A stretch of 64,000 nucleotides of DNA from Thermodesulfovibrionales bacterium (GTDB taxonomy: Bacteria; Nitrospirota; Thermodesulfovibrionia; Thermodesulfovibrionales; SM23-35). The stretch lies in the NCBI GenBank assembly GCA_963715195.1, contig CAVQRT010000031.1, forward strand, positions 1-64,000. Direction: 5' to 3'. Positions within the stretch are counted from its first letter, which is position 1, and each line of letters starts with the position of its first letter. Below are positions 59,082 to 64,000 of this stretch, one piece after another. The notes below the pieces were generated by a model. That model did not search any database and was not told the origin of the DNA. It saw only the letters and a list, made by a program, of their open reading frames with translations. Both the position numbers and the translations under genes were made by a program.

Positions 59082-59810
59082 TTATCCCTCTGCTTTGAAA
59101 AGCTTATCCGCCGGAATATCCTCTAAAAGACTCATGTATGCTGATGACAGGCTTGAGGCATCAAGGGATTCAAGCGTTATCATCACCGAATAATCTTTGT
59201 TCTCCATAATGGGATACGACCCAATCTTGACTTTCTGATAGCGCTTTACGATCTTATTCAGCACAGGCGCTATTCTTGTCTCAGATTCATTCACATAAAT
59301 CTTCTTCAGATATATGACCGGCTCGTGGAACACCTTTTCAAGAGCAATGAATTTTTTTCTCAGTAACTGCGGGATACCCGGGAAGATAAAAACATTCCTG
59401 AATTTTATGAGGGGGAATGAAAGTGAGTCGTCATTGAAAAGTTCGGCGCCTTCGGGCACCTCTGCCATCCTGAGTTGTGCAGGTGACAGGGTTCCCTGTC
59501 GCGTTTCGAGAACTCTCTTCAAGGTCGGATCAATAACCGTCCTGACGTTAAACGCCTTTGAAATCCCCTCAATCGTAATATCGTCATGCGTCGGCCCGAT
59601 ACCCCCTGAGGTAAAAACATAATCAAACCGGCCAGAGAATTTCCTGACCTCTTCGGCTATTTCATCAACAGAGTCAGCAATGACAGAAATTTTACACAGC
59701 TTCACCCCATGCGACCAGAGCTCCTGTGCCATGAAAAAAGCATTCCCGTCCTGCACCTTGCCGGAGAGAATCTCATCCCCGATAATTATTATCCCGGCTG
59801 TCTTTGCCAC
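59082..59810 (-). CDS. CinA N-terminal-like / molybdopterin-binding domain protein
   Basis: IIGDEILSG, SGGIGPTHDDIT, FPGIP, IGSYP. Confidence 0.9.
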   Translation of the reverse strand: MAKTAGIIIIGDEILSGKVQDGNAFFMAQELWSHGVKLCKISVIADSVDEIAEEVRKFSGRFDYVFTSGGIGPTHDDITIEGISKAFNVRTVIDPTLKRVLETRQGTLSPAQLRMAEVPEGAELFNDDSLSFPLIKFRNVFIFPGIPQLLRKKFIALEKVFHEPVIYLKKIYVNESETRIAPVLNKIVKRYQKVKIGSYPIMENKDYSVMITLESLDASSLSSAYMSLLEDIPADKLFKAEG

Positions 59811-59870
59811 AGAGCCTCGCTCATTCTTTGGAAAAAATATACCGGCTCCCGAAACATGTATACCTCTTTA

Positions 59871-60329
59871 CTACCAGGTTATGGTTACCGAGACTGTTTC
59901 GCTGTAAGCTCCTACTGAAACATCCTGTCCAGCAGGGATTCTTCCATACAATGTTGTAACCCACGGTTTGTTCTTGTGCACTTTACCAGAAACTGTTGAT
60001 GTCCCCTGTGTGCCATCGCCCCAGATGACAGACATCGAAGAATCAATAAAGAGATTGTAATTTAACCGGTCAGGCCTTGTTGTATGCCTCATCTGCCTCG
60101 GTTTGAAGCCGCCTGAACCAAAGCTGGGACCGATCCTGATCACCACAATAGGAGGCGGGGCCTCATCGCAGTCAACGCTGACGGTCCCTGTCGAATCCTT
60201 CGACGAATTCGAAAAAACATCGTAAATTCCGAAATTAATATTTGTTGCGGATACATTGCAGGCTGCTTCAGCCTCATGGACACACAAGAGGATAAGAAAG
60301 AAAAAGATTGATCTAATCGCCAGCTTCAC
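59871..60329 (-). CDS. Spore coat U (Csu-type) pilin
   Basis: Signal peptide; C.VS...INFG.YD; L.YNLF.D; YGRIPAGQ..G.Y.ETV.VTITW. Confidence 0.9.
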   Translation of the reverse strand: MKLAIRSIFFFLILLCVHEAEAACNVSATNINFGIYDVFSNSSKDSTGTVSVDCDEAPPPIVVIRIGPSFGSGGFKPRQMRHTTRPDRLNYNLFIDSSMSVIWGDGTQGTSTVSGKVHKNKPWVTTLYGRIPAGQDVSVGAYSETVSVTITW

Positions 60330-62719
60330 AGATAACCTCTTTGAGATCTACAATCATATCAGTGCGCTCTGGTATTATCATATCAAAAATGCATTCTTTC
60401 CCGACATAGTTCAACATAGTTTTATACCGTCCCGGTTTTATATTTTCAAAATAGAACTCCCCTCCCTTTCCTGTTGGGAAGATTATCTCTTGTCCGTCCA
60501 CAAGCATACTCACTTCGGAGAATTCCGCGGGCTTTATCTCTTCTTTCATTTTGATCTTTAGCATCCCAGTGATAGCCTGGAATTTCACAACATCAAACGG
60601 AATAAACGATCCGCTCCTGAGCGGAGGTGAAACGAATTTCATGACTTCTGAAATAGTGTAGTCCATAGGGATATCTTTGTCATTAATTGTTATCTGGTTA
60701 TCGTAGTAAGCACTGAGATTCGGGATGAAGACTTTCCCCGACGGAGTTAGTCCGGCCAATCTCGTCATTGTTATAAAATACTTTCACGTCCTTGAGATCT
60801 CCGACCTTTACGAGCCCGAAGCTGTCAATAACCGGCCGGCTGAGGCCTATCGTTCCGCCAACATATGCGATGCTCCCCGATGCAGAAAGCCGGTATGACT
60901 TCGTGTGTTCTGCCTTGCCCGTCAAAGTCAAGTTTGGTCTCTGCTGCTACAATTGCCGTGCTTTTCATTATATTGAACGGAAGGATTCAGCGAAGTAAAA
61001 TCATCGCCTCCGTTATCTGTCCTCTCTATTGATGCCCTGTAGCTGATGCCTTCCCCCACCGGTATATTTTTCGTCACCTGCAGCACCTCCTGATGTGTAT
61101 CTTCGGTTTGCCTGTAACTTGCCGATACAGTGTGGTCCTTGCCCGGATAATAATTGATCCCGACAAAAAACTCATTGGAGGATCTCTCCTCATTGGTATT
61201 TCTGAATGTCGCAAATACTGTGGACCTGCCGGACAGGGCCTTCGAATATGAAGCGGTAAATGCCTGCCGGTCATCCCCGTAAAACCTCTCCAGGTTCAGG
61301 TAATCAACCGAAAACGAACCGAAGCGTTCCGTCGCATACCCCAAGCCCACGCTTGCTTCGAACTGCGGTTTTTCATTCGTAAGGTCGTCGGATATCCGTG
61401 CATGGTTTTCGGTATACCCGGCTACAAAGAATCGGGCGTTGAACCTCCTGTCCTGATAGGTATATCCCAGGATTCCGGCCGCACCGTCATTTCCCCCGGT
61501 ACCAAGGCTTTTGGAAAGAGAGACCGAAACGATGCCTTTATCCCGGATAAGATATGAAACCTGTGGACCAAAATTGTAAAGGTCTTTGATGGCCTCGGCA
61601 TGATATCCGAGCGTCAGCATTATCCGAGAATCCGTACCTGTGAAAAGCTGTCAAAGCGACGTCACTGTATTCATTGCTTTCCTCTCCAAACTCTTCCCGT
61701 ATCGCGCCGAGATTGTAACTGTATTCATGGAGGCCCTTTTTCAGGAGCAAGTCTGTGAAGTAAAACGGGAAATTGAGCCGTTCCTCCTTTCCGAAAGGAT
61801 CCCTGATAATCACCTCAAGCAATCCGGCCCCTCCGTAGTAGTTTATGTCTCTGAGATCGAATCCTCCCGGTGAAAGTCTCTCCGTTCTCAAACGCATGCC
61901 GTTCAGGTATATCTCGACCTCTGAGGGAAGCGTCACAAAGCCTGAGACATTGAGCATAGGGTTTTTTATCAGGTAAGGGTCCATGCGGTATACCTTCGAA
62001 AAACTGATACCACCCATGGTCAACGTGCTGCCGAGATCACCCGAGAATGCGACAAAATCTCCGGCGATGAATCTCTGCAGTCCCCCACGGTAGTCATAGG
62101 TAACATTTGTCATGAGTCTTACAAACTTTTCGTCATCGGGTTTTTTGGTATAGAATGCATCCGAGAAAAAAAGGATATCACCCGTCCTGAAGCCCGCTTC
62201 ATTCGTGACATTGAAGCTATTAAAGTCAAAGGAATCACCGGCATAATAGTCTAGCCGGTAATTGAAGAAAGCACTGGTGTCCCGGGGGTAATAGACTTTC
62301 GGCTGCCTGCCGGGCATAGAAATCGATAATCTTTCTGGGAAGAAGCGAGGGATCAACAATAATTTCGACCATAAGCTTTTTCTCATTGAAGTTAAATTGC
62401 ACTCCATGCATTGATCGCAGGGAAATATGGGACTCTTTGTCGATTTCTGTAATCATGTCCTTCAGGGGTTTCAATTCCTATTTCCTGAATATCGGCGATC
62501 CGCATGAGAATGTCCCGGTCTTCCGTAAGTTGCACATAATATTCACCTTTGGACTGTCCGTTCAGGGTAACAGTCACAATGACGATATTCCGAACTTTGT
62601 GCATATAAATAAAGACAAGGGGAAAAGCAGATGATGAGGAAAAAAAGAATTGGTGGTCTGAGTAATGTGTTGATATAAGCGGATTTCGATTTAATTAACG
62701 CACATTGCCTTATCGACAT
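60313..62719 (-). CDS. Fimbrial usher (CsuD/PapC family), multiply frameshifted
   Basis: Pieces 62392-62604, 61538-62407, 60928-61620, 60698-60931 and 60313-60768 tile; PSEVEIYLNG, IRDPFG, LLKKGLHEYSY, TGKGGEFYF. Confidence 0.88.
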
Positions 62720-63461
62720 CCGCCTGACCGTTTAGGGTAAGTTTGTCGGTTACAACTTGAACATCGATTTTTGATACATCTTTGCAGATCTCCTGTGGCA
62801 CCTCTGCGTTATAGATTCTTGATATGTCACTCAGGAGGTACCAGCCGTTGATATCTTTTGAGAATATCTCTTCACCCTTGTCATTTTTCCCTCTGATGCT
62901 CACCGTATTGATCATAAAGTGAATGTTGCCAGTGTTTCTGAGTGTTGCCGAAACTACCCCATTTGCGATCTCAATTTTTTGTATCTCACCTTTCTGTTCC
63001 GACTTGAGTGGTTTGACAAAAATGGGTACCCCGAAACGGATCACGATTGCGACGTTAACGCCTTCAGATTTTTTCGGCTCAGGGATTTCCTCAACAAATA
63101 GACGATAGGTTTTTTCTTTCGCAACAGCAGGAAACTTAATCCCCGCGCGAAGGATGCGGTCCTCCTTTGGATCAATAGTCATGATCTTCGGGAAAAAAAT
63201 GAGGTCCTCCGTCTCTGTATAGACGTCCTTTCCTTCGGCATCCTGCGTCCATTCAAAAGCCTTCATCTGAACATTTAGCTTTTCGGCCCCTTCGTTTACG
63301 ATCGTGACGACTCCGCTTTTTGCGTTCTTGTCGAGGTCTATTCTGATGGGTGTGACCCTCCATTCTCCCCCGACGGCATTTGATGGGACAAAGAGAATGA
63401 CCAGGAGAAGAACCTTTAGAAAAAATGTAAAGAATACGGGCGAGACGTTTGCCTTTTTCAT
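62691..63461 (-). CDS. Periplasmic pilus chaperone (CsuC/PapD family)
   Basis: VTPIRI, FEWTQD..G.D, EKTYRLFVEEIP, GVPIFV.P, NTGNIH. Confidence 0.9.
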   Translation of the reverse strand: MKKANVSPVFFTFFLKVLLLVILFVPSNAVGGEWRVTPIRIDLDKNAKSGVVTIVNEGAEKLNVQMKAFEWTQDAEGKDVYTETEDLIFFPKIMTIDPKEDRILRAGIKFPAVAKEKTYRLFVEEIPEPKKSEGVNVAIVIRFGVPIFVKPLKSEQKGEIQKIEIANGVVSATLRNTGNIHFMINTVSIRGKNDKGEEIFSKDINGWYLLSDISRIYNAEVPQEICKDVSKIDVQVVTDKLTLNGQADVDKAMCVN

Positions 63462-63632
63462 GGTGGTTACTATAGCAAAAGAGCAACGAAGTTACAATAT
63501 GAAGGCTATAACAAAAATTCAAAGTGACGTGAGTCGTCATTCTGAGACAAAGTCGAAGAATCTACTCTTTTCTAATCCCTTAATTTATAAGACTGTGTAG
63601 GATGGCTGTAATAGTGGTGTGGAATTGATTAC

Positions 63633-64000
63633 TTAAGGTTCTAAAGTAATGATAACCGTGTCAGAATAATTTCCAACCGCTGCATCTTGGTAGTCTGTTC
63701 CATTAACCAAACCTGATATTGTTAATATCTGAACTGTATTCTTTGGTACGGTACCAGATGTTGGATTTAATGTAAACGTATATGGGAGGTATTCTGTGCC
63801 TATCGTCGTGTGCCTCATCCTGTTCGCATTCGGACTGATTTCATGCAGGCCATCGTCATCAGTGATAAAAAAAGTTGCTGTTGGACTGCTGCCCATGCAC
63901 CGAAAATTAACAGATGTGCTAACTGTCTTATCCACGGGATTAGCCGGATCAAGAATACCGAAAGCAAGTGCTGCAGAAGCGGAACTAAATTTGCACTGGT
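63633..64000 (-). CDS. Spore coat U (Csu-type) pilin, 5' end outside window
   Basis: Frame open to the window edge (QCKF...LAFGILDP); LPYTF; G.YSDTVIITLEP. Confidence 0.82.
   Translation of the reverse strand, partial: QCKFSSASAALAFGILDPANPVDKTVSTSVNFRCMGSSPTATFFITDDDGLHEISPNANRMRHTTIGTEYLPYTFTLNPTSGTVPKNTVQILTISGLVNGTDYQDAAVGNYSDTVIITLEP

Noticed and set aside
1..64000. CRISPR array, rRNA or complete tRNA
   Set aside because: No regularly spaced direct repeats with unique spacers and no full cloverleaf or rRNA-like stretch seen by eye

Overview
Bacterial genomic window; protein style and gene order suggest Nitrospirota/Thermodesulfovibrionia or a Desulfobacterota-like anaerobe (inference, not verified). 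Four blocks. (1) 1-24.1 kb is a cell-surface locus: five GT2/GT4 glycosyltransferases, WbaP, a PIG-L deacetylase, two acyltransferase-3 genes, a methyltransferase-GNAT fusion, a CxxC-less DsbC-like protein, a separately promoted two-gene unit ending in a large Cys-rich secreted protein, and a type II secretion operon (E,F,H,I,J,K,L,M,C/N-like; no G or D). (2) 24.2-34.0 kb is housekeeping (rnhA, yqgE, rplM-rpsI, argC-argJ, DUF362, creatininase, nadB-pyk). (3) About 34.3-56.7 kb is a compositionally mosaic accessory region: UPF0182, a beta-propeller lipoprotein, an FKBP plus a Cys-rich micropeptide, a PAS kinase, an integrase relic, and a co-oriented run of extra RpoD-like sigma, RRM protein, Lys-rich micropeptide, cyclic beta-1,2-glucan synthase, cold-shock protein and DEAD-box helicase. 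(4) 56.8-64 kb holds PilZ, a serine protease, a clusterless MutY, a CinA-like protein and a Csu-type chaperone-usher pilus cluster. Two families of short palindromic elements are scattered through blocks 1-2, and one copy is translated in-frame inside the GspI leader. Several genes carry frameshifts, mostly single-base insertions and probably consensus errors. No rRNA, complete tRNA or CRISPR array was seen. Best candidate for an under-described system: a T2SS-exported, glycosylated S-layer-like surface protein locus.
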